64,000 bases of DNA from Acidobacteriota bacterium (GTDB taxonomy: Bacteria; Acidobacteriota; UBA890; WLXD01), in NCBI GenBank assembly GCA_963666055.2, contig CAXWPH010000010.1:1-64000 (forward strand), in the 5' to 3' direction. A program made the translations under genes and the position numbers. Each line of letters begins with the position of its first letter. The stretch's first letter is position 1. The notes under the pieces were generated by a model that worked only from the letters and a program-made list of their open reading frames with translations, had not been told where the DNA came from and searched no databases. Below, in pieces: positions 1 to 10,836 of the stretch.

Positions 1-1293
1 GCATCCGCCCTTCTCGTAGATGAAGGTATCGATCAGCCCCGTGGTGCCGGTCGCGAAGCTCTCGTAGTTGCTCACCTGGCGCTCTTGCATGACCCAATCC
101 GAGCGATCCTCCTCGCCCACGGTGAAGGTCCACCAGCCGCACCAATCCGGCGGAAAGCTGATCCCCAGCTCATAGCCACCGAGCCAGCCATCGATCTTGC
201 CCTGCTGGGCCAGCTGCCAGGCGCCGGTCTCCTTGTAGAACTCCCGCAGGGTCCGCGTCAGCTCGTTGAGCGGCAGGCCGGGCTTGCCGGTAGCGTGCAC
301 AACGTCCATGGCCCGGCCGTTCATCGCGTACAGATCCACCAGCTCCTTGGGCGGCTCACCGACGAAAAAGGCCCGGCAGGTGTTGCAGTGGTAGCGATTC
401 TTGACCCCGCAGACATCGACGACGACGTGATCGACCTCCTGGATCACGCGCTCCGATGCAATGCCGTGGATGAAATGGTTGCCCCCTGCCTTGACGGCGC
501 ACAGCAGGCCCGACATCCCACCGCCGGCACGGGTCATGGCGCGCACGATCTCGCCGTAGAGCTCTAGCTCCGTCATACCGGGCCGGACGATGTCCTTGGC
601 CGCCTGCAGGCCGATATCGGCAATACGGCCCGCCTCCTCGACCACCTCGATCTCGGCCGGCGACTTGTGCACCTTGACGTCGACCATGACGTCGGAAGCG
701 TCGATGAGCTCGCAACCACGATCGCTGAACACCGCCTCGATCTGCTTCATATGGAGGGGCCGCGGACGATAGCTGTTGTACTGCAACCCGACCGTCCCGT
801 TGAGCCACCCGGCCGCCTCCAGCTCCATGGCGTGCCCCTCGCAGGCGCGCTCACCACCGCGTCGGGGACGCCGGATATCGGTGGCGACGGAGGTCGCCGC
901 CATGAGCTCGTCGTGGGTGTCGAAGTGGATGAGGTCGTCGTGGTCGACGTGCACGGCGGTGATCGAGCTCGGGGCCCAGCCTTTCGGGCAGTTCTGCTGA
1001 TACCAGCTCAGCTCCAGACCGTGCAGGTAGCACATGTCTTCGGGCATGGTGACGAACAACATGTCGATGTTGTCCTTCGCCATCCGATCCCGCACGTGGC
1101 GCAACCGTTCCTGATATTCAGCCTTAGAGAACGGCGGTGGCGGATGTCCCTCGACCGTGTTTCCGGGCACCACTGTGCGGGGCGTGAAGCCGCCGCTCGG
1201 GGCCGCGTTCACCGTGCCAGAGGTGAGCATTCCCGCTGTTGTCGCTGCCGACGTTGCAAGAAAGGCTCGTCGATTGATCTGAGGCTTAGCCAT
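1..1293 (-). CDS. Tat-exported M24-family hydrolase, ectoine hydrolase DoeA/creatinase-like (runs off the window at its 3' end)
   Basis: Not in the ORF track because there is no stop in the window. Manual translation from ATG 1293 (AAGGAGG RBS): MAKPQINRRAFLATSAA (twin-arginine)...FSKAEYQERLRHVRDRM...HKSPAEIE...RPGMTELEL...RYHCNTCR...GYELGISFPPDW. Confidence 0.8.
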   Translation of the reverse strand, partial: MAKPQINRRAFLATSAATTAGMLTSGTVNAAPSGGFTPRTVVPGNTVEGHPPPPFSKAEYQERLRHVRDRMAKDNIDMLFVTMPEDMCYLHGLELSWYQQNCPKGWAPSSITAVHVDHDDLIHFDTHDELMAATSVATDIRRPRRGGERACEGHAMELEAAGWLNGTVGLQYNSYRPRPLHMKQIEAVFSDRGCELIDASDVMVDVKVHKSPAEIEVVEEAGRIADIGLQAAKDIVRPGMTELELYGEIVRAMTRAGGGMSGLLCAVKAGGNHFIHGIASERVIQEVDHVVVDVCGVKNRYHCNTCRAFFVGEPPKELVDLYAMNGRAMDVVHATGKPGLPLNELTRTLREFYKETGAWQLAQQGKIDGWLGGYELGISFPPDWCGWWTFTVGEEDRSDWVMQERQVSNYESFATGTTGLIDTFIYEKGGC

Positions 1294-1545
1294 CTCGCCT
1301 CCTTGGGCGTGGGATAACGTGTTACTAGGAGCTACAAGGCGCGGCACTCGGGACGAGAACGCAGCCTTTGACGCTGAACTCAAGCCTCAAACCCACCAAC
1401 AACAGGGGAGTTCCGTCAGCCGGATGCCCCAGGTGACCCTTGTCGGGTCATGCTCTTGGCTTGGTCAGCATCGGGTCGCCTGGATACAACCACTGATCGT
1501 TGGACTCCTCAAGGGATTCGCTGCGCAGACGATGGCTACCGCCCA

Positions 1546-1731
1546 TCATGAGCAGTAGTCCCTTGCCTTCGATCGAGGGTGTTCAGGATCAGAAGCGAAC
1601 TCGGCGGGCAGCACCTTGATGGCCACCTTGCGGCCCAGGCGCGTGTCCTGCGCCAGGTACACCTCGCCCATGCCGCCTTCACCGAGCTGCTCGGTGATCT
1701 CGTAGGGGCCTAGTTTGGTGCCGGGGTCCAT
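1546..1731 (-). pseudogene. Ser/Thr kinase N-terminal stub N1 (~50 kinase codons)
   Basis: [50 protein letters not shown], then unrelated sequence and a stop; near-identical to 5589 downward. Confidence 0.9.
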
Positions 1732-1798
1732 GGCGTTGCCGATACGGTGTAGGGGAGTGCCTGAAGCCTATCGCTGGGGCACGCGAGGGTCCACGGGA
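1732..1798 (-). promoter_or_regulatory. Kinase leader repeat L1 with sigma70-like promoter
   Basis: TGGACC (1793-1788), 17 bp, TAGGCT (1770-1765), 33 bp, ATG. Confidence 0.75.
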
Positions 1799-1931
1799 AG
1801 CACCTTCAGGGGCCTCGCCAGCATTAACCGGCCTGGTTTCCAGTTTGGGAAGGGAGAGTCCCATACATAGGGAGACGCATTACTCGACGCAGATCACGCT
1901 GCTTGCATGAGTCACTCACCGTCCCCCGCCG

Positions 1932-2563
1932 TTGCCCGAACCCTTGCTGCGCCACCTGGCAGAGTGCCGTGATCCCCTGGCTGACGAACACCCCTGGTAC
2001 GTATTGCTGGAGACCACCGCGACGACGCCCGACAATGATCTGACAGGGACCATGGAAGACATGCTCGGCGCTGCCGCCGAGGCCGGCGTGGTGCTCGACG
2101 CCACCATCGCCGCCAATGCCGAACAGGCCCGCGGCCTGTGGCGAATTCGCGAGGGCATCGCCGAGGTCCAGAAGCACGAGGGCGCCAGCATCAAGCACGA
2201 CGTCTCGGGTCGCCGACTTCGTGGTCGAGGCCACGGCGGCGGTCGAGGCCCACCTGCCCGGCGCCCGGCCCCTGGCCTTCGGCCACCTGGGCGACGGCAA
2301 TATCCACTTCAACACCGCCCAGCCCATCGGCGCCGACCCGGCCGAATTCCTCGGCCATTGGGGCGACTTCAACCGCCTGGTCCACGACATCGTCCAGAAC
2401 ATGGGCGGCAGCTTCAGCGCCGAACACGGCATCGGCCGCATGCGCCGCGGCGAGTCTCGAACACTATAAAAGCGAGCTTGAACTGAACCTCATGCGCCGC
2501 ATCAAGGGAGTCATTGACCCCCAGGGCCTGATGAATCCCGGCAAGGTGCTGGACGGGGCCTAG
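1932..2563 (+). pseudogene. FAD-linked oxidase (D-2-hydroxyacid dehydrogenase-like) C-terminal fragment, frameshifted
   Basis: LWRIREGI..SIKHDVS / FGHLGDGNIHFN..GGSFSAEHGIG / IKGVIDPQGLMNPGKVL split over three frames; 5' part missing. Confidence 0.85.
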
Positions 2564-2919
2564 GCCTCGTCGATGACGACGTTTTCACCACTCAGGAAGA
2601 CCGCCACCACACAGCCCTTGGGCGAGTGGGATGAATGGCTGGTGCCCGGCGCGAAGCTGACGAAATCGCCGGCCTTGAAGACCGTGCCGTCATCGTCGAC
2701 CAGTTCGCCCTCGATCATCAGGAAGTGCTCGCCGCCGGTGTGGATATGGGGTACCGAAACGCCACCGGGCTCGAACTTGACCATGAAACAGCCGATGCCG
2801 GTGGCCTCGTCGACCCGCACCGGCAGCCAGGTCATGGTCTCGGCCGATATGCCATAGCGGTCATAGGTCTCGTAGGCCGTGTTTTTCGTATCGACGATGA
2901 TGCGGTCAGTCTCGCTCAT
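2560..2919 (-). CDS. ChrR-like cupin domain protein
   Basis: FEPGGVSVPHIHTGGEHFLMIEGEL..GDFVSFAPGTSHSSHSPKGC. Confidence 0.8.
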   Translation of the reverse strand: MSETDRIIVDTKNTAYETYDRYGISAETMTWLPVRVDEATGIGCFMVKFEPGGVSVPHIHTGGEHFLMIEGELVDDDGTVFKAGDFVSFAPGTSHSSHSPKGCVVAVFLSGENVVIDEA

Positions 2920-2963
2920 GGCGCCTTGCTCCCTGTTTGCAGCTTCATTCTCGCGCATTCCCC

Positions 2964-4472
2964 TCACATGTCTCGCCAATCGCCGGACTGCTCGAAGGCG
3001 TGGGCGGCGCGGTAGATCGTCGATTCCTCGAAGTGGCGTCCGATCAGCATCATGCCGACGGGGAGACCCTCGCTCATTCCACAGGGGACGGACATGGCAG
3101 GGTGATGGGTGTTGTTGAAGGGCATCGTGTTGGTTGCCGGACCGAAGGCCAGATCGAGACTGGTCGCGGGATCGACATCTGCCGGTGGCAGCGGAGAGGC
3201 CTTCATCGGGGTCGTGGGCATCAGAAGAAGATCCACTTTCGTCAAGGCGTCGTCGTATTCGGCACGCAGCCGCCGGACCTGGTTCGTGCCCTTCGCCACG
3301 TAGTGGTACCCATGTTCCCGTCTGAGGAACTCGGTGGCCATCAGCATGATCTTGACCGTCTCGGGCAGCTCGTTCGCGCGTTGACGCCAGGCGCGCTGGG
3401 CATCGAGGAAACTCACCACAGCGGGATCGAGCCGGTTGGTCAGGCAGCCGTCACTGTGGAACATCACATCGATGGACTGTTGGATCACGGCTGTCCAGAT
3501 CGCCGGACCCAGCCGGTGCATGGGGACCGGGACCTCGCTTACGATGGCACCCATTTTGCCCAGACTCTCAGCGGCGCTTCGCACCTTGGCATCGACGTCG
3601 GGCTCCGAGGTTTCATGACCAAATCCCTCCGTGACCACACCAACCCGTAGGCCCGAAATGCCCTGCCCCGGGGATTCCGTGTAGTCGTCGGTGCGCGGGT
3701 TGTATTGACGGCTGTCCAGACCGTCGGCCCCGGCGATCACCTCCAGCAGCAGCGCGTTGTCGGTGACATTGGCTGTCATCGGCCCGACGTGATCGATGAC
3801 CGGTCCCATGCCGAGGATTCCGGTGTAGGGAACCAGCCCGTGCGTCGGCTTCATGCCGTAGATGCCGCAGAAGGAGGAAGGCATGCGGATCGAGCCACCC
3901 TGGTCGCAACCGATGGCCAGGTCTGCCTCGCCTCCGGCGACGAGGGCCGCGCTGCCCGACGAAGAACCGCCCGCCGAGTGGGCCGGGTTGTGCGGGTTCT
4001 GCACCGGGCCGGAATCGCTGGTGTGGCTCCCTCCGGAGAAGCAGAAAGCCTCGCAGACGGCCTTGCCGGTGAGCGTGCCTCCGGCATCGAGGATGCGAGT
4101 GACGACGGTGGCGTCTACAGGTGGTATGTACCCGTCGAGGATGTTTGTGCCGTCCATCAGCGGTACGCCAGCGACGAAGACGTTGTCCTTGATGGCCACG
4201 GTGCGACCCTTGAGCTTGCCGCTCTCAGAACCGGCGATATCCGTCTTGACGTACCAGGCGTTGAAGGGGTTGTCGGCCGGCGCGGGCCGTTCCCAGTTTC
4301 GTTCGGCCGCACCGGGCTGGACCTCGTCGTCCGGAAGCTCATCCAGGACGGCGTTGCCGGCGATGGAACCCTCGACCAGGTCGCGGTAGAGCGCGGCTTG
4401 TTCGTCGGAGACCGACATGCCGAAATCTCGAATGATTTCTGCGATCTGTTCGCGTGTCGGAGTCTTCAGCAT
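2964..4472 (-). CDS. Amidase (amidase signature family)
   Basis: VAIKDN, AGGSSSGSAA, DQGGSIRMPSSFCG motifs; 502 aa. Confidence 0.95.
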   Translation of the reverse strand: MLKTPTREQIAEIIRDFGMSVSDEQAALYRDLVEGSIAGNAVLDELPDDEVQPGAAERNWERPAPADNPFNAWYVKTDIAGSESGKLKGRTVAIKDNVFVAGVPLMDGTNILDGYIPPVDATVVTRILDAGGTLTGKAVCEAFCFSGGSHTSDSGPVQNPHNPAHSAGGSSSGSAALVAGGEADLAIGCDQGGSIRMPSSFCGIYGMKPTHGLVPYTGILGMGPVIDHVGPMTANVTDNALLLEVIAGADGLDSRQYNPRTDDYTESPGQGISGLRVGVVTEGFGHETSEPDVDAKVRSAAESLGKMGAIVSEVPVPMHRLGPAIWTAVIQQSIDVMFHSDGCLTNRLDPAVVSFLDAQRAWRQRANELPETVKIMLMATEFLRREHGYHYVAKGTNQVRRLRAEYDDALTKVDLLLMPTTPMKASPLPPADVDPATSLDLAFGPATNTMPFNNTHHPAMSVPCGMSEGLPVGMMLIGRHFEESTIYRAAHAFEQSGDWRDM

Positions 4473-4523
4473 GTTCCCTTCGCGGTTTGCATCACAACGC
4501 TGGATCTATCTCCCAACGGTGAC

Positions 4524-4583
4524 GAAGCAGGGTGGGTGAGCGCCTGAAGCGTATCGTTAGGGCACGTAGGGGTCCACGGGAGA
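4524..4583 (-). promoter_or_regulatory. Kinase leader repeat L2, directly upstream of the amidase
   Basis: TGGACC (4576-4571), 17 bp, TACGCT (4553-4548); no kinase coding sequence follows. Confidence 0.7.
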
Positions 4584-4589
4584 GGCCGT

Positions 4590-4670
4590 TTCGCAAGACT
4601 CGGCTGAGCGCGCTACGGGTCCGTCGGCACGAGCCGGTTCAGGTCGTCGAACCAGTTGGTGACCAGCGTC
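4590..4670 (-). repeat. Kinase C-terminal tail plus trailer repeat T1
   Basis: Encodes TLVTNWFDDLNRLVPTDP*; followed by the conserved trailer (plus strand tcgcaagactcggctgagcgcg). Confidence 0.85.
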
Positions 4671-5589
4671 ACATGGCCACTGCCGGTCTGGCTGCTCTGG
4701 CCGGTGTACACTTCGTTTGTACCGCTGAAGTTCGATTCGTATGCCAAGAGCTCGCCATCGTGCGACCATCGGCATTCTGGTAGCGCCGCCCTCGCTCTTT
4801 CGCGAGGCACTTCTTCGACATCCACTGCAACTGAGCGGGCAGGTCAGGGTTGGTGTCGCCGAGCGGCTGCGGCTCCTCGTCGGCGATCTTATGCAGGATG
4901 TCCAACATGCTCTTGCCGGCGAACGGCTGCCGACCGCTGACCATCTCGTAGAGCACGCAGCCGAAGGCGAACAGGTCGGCCCGGTGATCGATCTTGTCGG
5001 AGCCCTCAACCTGCTCCGGGGCCATGTAGCCAGCCGTGCCCATCACCTGACCGGCCACCGTGCCCATCATCGTGGGTGACTGCGTTGCACCACCTGGTGA
5101 GCCCGCCCCCGCCACCTCGGTCAGCTTCGCCAGGCCGAAGTCGAGCACCTTGGCGTGGCCTTCCTTGGTGACGAAGATGTTCTCCGGCTTCAGATCGCGG
5201 TGGATGATTCCGGCGGCATGTGCTGCTGCCAGTGCTTCGGCGATCTCGGTGGCTAAGCCGAGCGCCTTCTTGAGCGGCAGCGCACCCTTGTCCAGCGGCT
5301 CCCGCAGCGTGTCTCCCTCCAGGTACTCCTGCACCATGAAGTGGGTGTCGCCTTCCGTGCCGATGTCGTGAACGACCGCGATGTGCGGGTGGTTCAGCGC
5401 GGCGGCGGCACGAGCCTCCTGCTCGAAGCGGGCGAGCCGCTCGGGGTCAGAGGCGAACTCGGCGGGCAGCACCTTGATGGCCACCTTGCGGCCCAGGCGC
5501 GTGTCCTGCGCCAGGTACACCTCTCCCATGCCGCCCGCGCCGAGCTGCTCGGTGATTTCGTAGGGACCTAGTTTGGTGCCGGGTTCCAT
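4669..5589 (-). pseudogene. Ser/Thr (Hanks) kinase with an intact catalytic domain and the TM/beta-propeller region internally deleted
   Basis: [32 protein letters not shown] are all present. After ~4765 it jumps to a TolB/PD40-like scrap (WSHDGELLAYESNFSGTNEVY) and the tail in another frame. Confidence 0.85.
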
Positions 5590-5657
5590 AGCGCTGCCAG
5601 AGCGGGGTGGGTGAGCGCCTGAAGCCTATCGCTGGGGCACGCGAGGGTCCACGGGAG
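5590..5657 (-). promoter_or_regulatory. Kinase leader repeat L3 (native position in front of the kinase)
   Basis: TGGACC (5651-5646), 17 bp, TAGGCT (5628-5623), 33 bp, ATG 5589. Confidence 0.75.
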
Positions 5658-6076
5658 AGGCGCTGGAGGATCGGACAGAAACTGGTCCCCCAAAACGCGC
5701 CCGAGCACATCCCTCGGGGGAGTGGGACGCAGCTCGCAGGTAACGGGAGGCGACGGGCCGATGATGGAGCTGGCCTTTCTCGCGGCGGACCCGACCGACT
5801 ACTACACGCAGTCCGCGAAAGCCAACGAGCAGATGGGCGAGGCGTTGCAGAACATCCGTGCCCGGGCGGGAGCGCTCTGCCGGCGGATCGAGTCGACCAA
5901 CCACACGATCCGGCGCGACCTCGCGTATCAGCTGCCCGAATAGAGGCAGCGGGTGTGCTGTATGAAGGAAATCACCGGAGCAGTATTGGCGTACAGAAGG
6001 TGGTCGCGCCGGTGATCAAACTGCCTTGGGGTGAATGACCGGGAGGACGCCATTGCACCGTTCCATTGTACGGATC

Positions 6077-6130
6077 TGCGCCGAGCTGTTCGGTGATCTC
6101 GTAGGGGCCTAGTTTGGTGCCGGGTTCCAT
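6077..6130 (-). pseudogene. Kinase N-terminal stub (18 codons)
   Basis: [18 protein letters not shown], then unrelated sequence. Confidence 0.85.
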
Positions 6131-6197
6131 GGCGCTGCCAGACAGGGGTGGGTGAGCGCCTGAAGCCTATCGCCGGAGCGTGCGAGATCCAACGGGG
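6131..6197 (-). promoter_or_regulatory. Kinase leader repeat L4 (subtype B)
   Basis: TTGGAT (6192-6187), 17 bp, TAGGCT (6169-6164), 33 bp, ATG 6130. Confidence 0.7.
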
Positions 6198-6516
6198 CGG
6201 GTGTCGGCAGCGTTCCAGCATCCCCTTCGACGGATGAGGGTGCAGAATCGTGAAGGTCGGTTACTGACCACCCCCACGGCAGCGAGCGGACCGTTGACTG
6301 GGCCGCCACCCGTGACGCAACCGCGCCGATTTACCGAAAAGTAAACGGCGTAGAGCCCCCGCCGACGTTCCAGGGGCGTGGGGGGTCGAAACGAGCGACT
6401 CACGGCCCCTACGGGCGCTTGTAGGGACGCAGCGGCTGGCGCTACCGGGACGGAGCACTGTCTTGCAGTCGATGCTGTCTGATGGTGGCGCTGTCGAGGC
6501 TCACCCGAAGGGCGCG

Positions 6517-6577
6517 CTACCGGTCCGTCGGCACGAGCCGCTTCAGCTCGTCGAACCAGTTGGCGACCAGAACCATG
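6517..6577 (-). repeat. Kinase C-terminal tail repeat T2
   Basis: Encodes MVLVANWFDELKRLVPTDR*. Confidence 0.85.
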
Positions 6578-6633
6578 TCGGGGATCTCGTAGGGTTGCTG
6601 GGCTCAAGACGTGGCACTAACCGCAGGGTCAGG

Positions 6634-8115
6634 TCATTGCGTCTCGTTGAACAGAATCACGTACCGATCCGCATTGATACTCGCGTCCCACATCACGACA
6701 AGCAGATCGATTCTACCGTCCCCATTTGCATCGAGAGGAGTGATCTGGAATCCGATGTCGCCCGGGACCGCGAGCTGCTCGAACCGGCCCTTGCCGAGGT
6801 TCCTGAAGATCGTGCCCGACATACCGCGTTCGCCGGGCAGAACGATGTCCGGCCAGCCATCGTTGTCCAGATCGACGATGCTGATGCTTCCCCCGGTGTG
6901 GCCGTCGGCTTCGAGACTCTGGGGCAACCACTTCTTGGTCACGTCCCTGAACCGACCCTTGCCGCGGTTTTGCAGAAATTGCAGGTGCGGGTTCGGGGGA
7001 CCTCGACCACCCGACGTCTCCGTCGCCACGAGCAAGTCGGGGTCGCCATCCATGTCCAGGTCGGCGCACACGGGTGCGCTCCCGTACTCACTGTTGACGC
7101 CGTTGGGCGACAGCGGCAGCGTTATCTTCGAGTAGTTGAAGTTACCGAACCCGTCGTTCTCCAGAATCTGCGTGCGGCCCGCGAGCTTGGGGGCGTCAAA
7201 ATCGGAGGGGTGGGGGCTGCCGACGAGGTCCTGGTCACCGTCAGCGTCGACGTCACAGAACACTACCTTCGGCAATATGCAATCCTCGCTTCCGCGTGCA
7301 CACGGGCGAGAGTCCGGCGAGTTCGGAAACGGTCCGGGCAGCCTGTCGTTCTCGGCCCGAAAACCGCCGCTTCCATCGTTGATCAGTAGGCGCGGACCCA
7401 ACTCGGCGCGTTCGGGATCCGTTGATCGCCAGCTTCCTGGCCAGTTGGCATCCCAGATATCCAGGTCGCCGTCCCCGTCGACATCCGCTGCGGCAGCGTG
7501 GTGCGTGAAGGCCTGGTCATACCTGGGATAGGGCTCCCCGCGCGCGGTCCGATACCTACCGTCCGGCCTGGACAGCAGGAGCAGGTTGGCGGCCCCGGGG
7601 GCCGGGTCAGCCGGGTCCTTGCCGGTCTGCGGAAAGTAGATGTCGGGGACACCGTCGCCGTTGAAGTCGTGAATCATCGGTTGCTCATTACTCATTTGGT
7701 CAATCCTGCCCGGCTTCCCGGCCAACCACTTGCGCTTTCTCGCCCGGCTGAAGACGCCGGTCCCGTCGTTTTCCCAGACGGACAGCGCGGCCTTGTAGGC
7801 GACGCTCGGATCCGCGTAAAAGGTGACCTCATGTAGCAGAACATCGGTATCGCCGTCCTGGTCGATATCGATGACCTGCTGCCAGACACCTGGTTGATCC
7901 AAGGTGAGGCCGATACTGGTTCTGACCATTCGCCATTGCAGTGGTCCGCTGGCCACCCTGCGTGGCTGTGTCTGGTCGGTTGATGCGAGAGGGCCTGGGG
8001 CTGCCGACATCCCCGCGCTCGCGAGAACGGGAGCAAGTATCGCGACGGTGATCCAACCGAGGTGCACTCTGCGCCGTGGATTACTCGAAGCGAGGCCAGC
8101 AGGGCGGAGCTTCAT
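6634..8115 (-). CDS. Secreted FG-GAP/VCBS repeat protein
   Basis: Signal peptide; repeated DxDxDGDxD motifs ([36 protein letters not shown]). Confidence 0.85.
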   Translation of the reverse strand: MKLRPAGLASSNPRRRVHLGWITVAILAPVLASAGMSAAPGPLASTDQTQPRRVASGPLQWRMVRTSIGLTLDQPGVWQQVIDIDQDGDTDVLLHEVTFYADPSVAYKAALSVWENDGTGVFSRARKRKWLAGKPGRIDQMSNEQPMIHDFNGDGVPDIYFPQTGKDPADPAPGAANLLLLSRPDGRYRTARGEPYPRYDQAFTHHAAAADVDGDGDLDIWDANWPGSWRSTDPERAELGPRLLINDGSGGFRAENDRLPGPFPNSPDSRPCARGSEDCILPKVVFCDVDADGDQDLVGSPHPSDFDAPKLAGRTQILENDGFGNFNYSKITLPLSPNGVNSEYGSAPVCADLDMDGDPDLLVATETSGGRGPPNPHLQFLQNRGKGRFRDVTKKWLPQSLEADGHTGGSISIVDLDNDGWPDIVLPGERGMSGTIFRNLGKGRFEQLAVPGDIGFQITPLDANGDGRIDLLVVMWDASINADRYVILFNETQ

Positions 8116-8294
8116 GGTCCTCCTAGAGAACTTGATCGAGTAAGCTGCCTAGGACCGCTCGCGAAGTCGTCCGATAGTACCTTGATGGCGATATCACGAT
8201 CCAGCGTCGTGTCGCGTGCTCGGTACACCTCGCCCATCCCGCCTGCACCGAGCGGGGCGAGGATCTCGTAGTGGCCGAGGGTCTTGCCGATCAT
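8112..8294 (-). pseudogene. Ser/Thr kinase N-terminal stub (different paralog)
   Basis: [48 protein letters not shown]; its stop overlaps the ATG of the FG-GAP gene (ATGA). Confidence 0.85.
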
Positions 8295-8304
8295 CCTCTT
8301 CAAC

Positions 8305-10836
8305 TCACTGGATGTAGCCAAGTGCTCGAAGAGTCCGTAGCTGCTCGGAAGTCAGCGGCGACTCCTCGCCCGGCGTGAACTGCTGCGCCAGCAACTGGTG
8401 CGCCTCGAACTGCGCCTCAAGGAAAGCGGTGTAGTGCTCGACTAGGTCAGGCCGCTCCTCATGCAGGCTGCTCAAGGCGTGCGGGTCGTTCCACAGGTCG
8501 TAGAGCAGCAGGGGGACGGGCCGGCGCTCCTCTTCCGGGGTCTCCGGGTGCGGGTTTATCTCGAGCGATGCCCCCCAACGCCCATCGACCACCTCGATGC
8601 GACCGCGGAACTCGCCCGTGTCGCCATCCACCCAGAACTCGTCGAGGATGACGGGGCGCGGCTCCCACCCTGCCTCCCCCAGCAGCAACGGCGCCAGGGA
8701 CTGTCCCTGCATCACTTCCGGCATCGACAGATCCGCCAGGTCTAGGATGGTCGGCAGCAGGTCGATCATGGAGACGGGCTGGCTGAACCGATGGCCTGGA
8801 GCAATGCGCCCCGGCCAGACCACGATCAGCGGGATGCGGGTCGTGCCGGACCTGACCATGGGAGCCCCAGGAAGCCGATGGAACAAAGGCCCGCGGGGCG
8901 GTAGGGAATCACGCATGAGGAGGCCGTAGTCCGCCGAGCCCGCCCCGACGCCGTGATCCGCCGCGACGATCAGGAGGGTGTGCTCCCACTCGCCGGCTGC
9001 CTTGAGCCGGGCCATGAGCCGGCCAAGCTGGTAGTCCTGGTGCGCCATCGTTTCGTCGTGCAGGTCCCGTTGGGCGGTGACGAACGGCACCCGGCTGATG
9101 CCGGCCTGCTCAAACCCCTTTCCCCCCCGCCAGAAGACCCCTGATGCCTGGAGGAGGCGGTGCCATTCCTCGACGATCTGGCGGCGGTTAGGGCTGATGA
9201 AGAGGCCCGCGAAAGGAGGGAGCGGCGTGTGCGACCTATGCACGTCGGTCGTCTGAAAATGCACCCAGTACGGCTCGCTGGGGTACGCCTCCCGCCATGC
9301 CCAGAAGTTCTCATGGAGCTCCACGGAGGACTTGGACTCGGGCGTGACCCCGGCTTCTCGGAACACATCGACGCCACGTTCGAGGCTGCTCAACCTCCCA
9401 GCGTTCCCGTTGGATGTGAACACGGCAGTCTGGTAGCCGGCCCGGTGCATGTGCTGAGCCATGGTCGGCGCATTGTCCGGGATCACATTGAACCCGTTCT
9501 TGAAACCGCCCAGCACGCTGTGTTGCAACGAGGTCATGAAGGAGGCCGTGGAGGGTCGGGTCCAGCTGGAATTGCTGTACGCACGCTCGAAGATCGCACC
9601 CTCGGCGGCCAGCCGCTCGAGGTTCGGCGTCGTGCGACGATTGTAGCCGTAGACGCTCATGTAATCGGCACCACCGCCGTCGATGATGTAGAAGATGATG
9701 TTCGGCTTGTCGGTGGTGCGCGCGCCGCTGATTGTCGGCGCAGCCCACAAAGCGACCCTCCCTTCGGCTTCGGACTCGGCCTCCAAGCCGAGCGTCACCG
9801 TCTGGCCCGCAAAGTCGGCCAGATCCACCGAACGCTGGCCCCAGCCCTTCTTGACCGCATAGCGCTCCTCGAACAGCGCGGTCGGTTCACCACCCCCGGC
9901 ACCATCAGGGATCGCCGTGACCCGGAAGGTCACGGGCACGTCCTCACGCAAGACACCCATGGCGAAGTCGAGCCGGCCCGCCTCCGGGATCTTCACCCGA
10001 TACTCCACGCGCCCCGGCGTGTGCGTATACAGAGCCTGCCGATAGATGCGGTTGCGGATTTCAGTGCGCGAGGCCGCGCCCGCGTTGGCGTAGTTAGCCA
10101 CCTTCGGGATCAGCGTGATGGAAAGAATGTCGATGCTGGCCACATCAGTGGCCGCGAACAACAGGCCGATCTCCCGAATCGATCCCTCCGGTGGCGGATC
10201 CCCCCAAAAGTAATCCAGCCGCAGCTGGTAGGTCTGCACCGTACCGTCGCTTACAACAGGCGCCTCATCGCCTCCGTGCTCAAATGGATTGGGGCCGCTT
10301 GCATCCGTACCGGTCCCCTCTCGCCTGTTGAAGCCGATGAAGAAGTCGCTGACATCATCGGAGGTGCGAGCACGCACCACGAGGTGCGCCAGATCCTCGT
10401 AGTTCCAATCGGGCACCTCGAGAACCAGGCCGCCCCTTGGGTTGCCGTTCGGATTCCTCGTACCGTCCGTTAGCGTGACGCGCAGCGCGTCGTCGAGCTG
10501 CGTGACCTCGACCGGATCGTTCGTGGGGTTCCACGGGACTACCGGCTTCCAGTCCTCCTGGGGCTCGTCGAAGTGCCATTCCATGGCGTCCGGAGCGTCT
10601 GCGGGGACCTCGGAGCCCACGATGGTGGCCACGTCGAAGTGTTCCTCAAGGTGGAGGGGAACCTCGGCGGTCAGCGGTGACGGGCCGGGGTCAAGCCCTG
10701 TGCAACCCGTCGTTAGGAGGATCGCGAGGAGCAGCGCTGCAAGCGAGTGGCACCAGTCGAGACGAACCTCTCCCATGCCGCCAGCACCGAGCTGCTCGGT
10801 GATTTCGTAGGGGCCTAGTTTGGTGCCGGGTTCCAT
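8305..10836 (-). CDS. Sulfatase-like lipoprotein whose first 24 residues are kinase-derived
   Basis: [32 protein letters not shown] and LRALGYIQ motifs; N-terminus [24 protein letters not shown] followed by a hydrophobic stretch and lipobox LTTGC. Confidence 0.85.
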   Translation of the reverse strand: MEPGTKLGPYEITEQLGAGGMGEVRLDWCHSLAALLLAILLTTGCTGLDPGPSPLTAEVPLHLEEHFDVATIVGSEVPADAPDAMEWHFDEPQEDWKPVVPWNPTNDPVEVTQLDDALRVTLTDGTRNPNGNPRGGLVLEVPDWNYEDLAHLVVRARTSDDVSDFFIGFNRREGTGTDASGPNPFEHGGDEAPVVSDGTVQTYQLRLDYFWGDPPPEGSIREIGLLFAATDVASIDILSITLIPKVANYANAGAASRTEIRNRIYRQALYTHTPGRVEYRVKIPEAGRLDFAMGVLREDVPVTFRVTAIPDGAGGGEPTALFEERYAVKKGWGQRSVDLADFAGQTVTLGLEAESEAEGRVALWAAPTISGARTTDKPNIIFYIIDGGGADYMSVYGYNRRTTPNLERLAAEGAIFERAYSNSSWTRPSTASFMTSLQHSVLGGFKNGFNVIPDNAPTMAQHMHRAGYQTAVFTSNGNAGRLSSLERGVDVFREAGVTPESKSSVELHENFWAWREAYPSEPYWVHFQTTDVHRSHTPLPPFAGLFISPNRRQIVEEWHRLLQASGVFWRGGKGFEQAGISRVPFVTAQRDLHDETMAHQDYQLGRLMARLKAAGEWEHTLLIVAADHGVGAGSADYGLLMRDSLPPRGPLFHRLPGAPMVRSGTTRIPLIVVWPGRIAPGHRFSQPVSMIDLLPTILDLADLSMPEVMQGQSLAPLLLGEAGWEPRPVILDEFWVDGDTGEFRGRIEVVDGRWGASLEINPHPETPEEERRPVPLLLYDLWNDPHALSSLHEERPDLVEHYTAFLEAQFEAHQLLAQQFTPGEESPLTSEQLRTLRALGYIQ

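Noticed and set aside
4511-4563. L2 as an attC site (TCCCAAC...GTTAGGG on the plus strand)
   Set aside because: The GTT/AAC cores are absent from the other six leader copies, there are no L boxes, and the orientation is opposite to the cargo.
5761-5943. Small plus-strand ORF between L3 and L4
   Set aside because: Coding-like but with no recognisable motif; probably a gene tail fragment that cannot be assigned.
6310-6430. Cluster of hairpins including a GTAG-type REP-like palindrome between L4 and T2
   Set aside because: Single occurrence, not shared with the other T-L spacers, and plausible by chance at this GC content.
9160-10473. 437 aa plus-strand ORF (also 11101-12477, 47303-48574, 51781-53637, 54688-55872, 56059-57273)
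   Set aside because: Antisense shadows of well-supported genes, typical of high-GC DNA.
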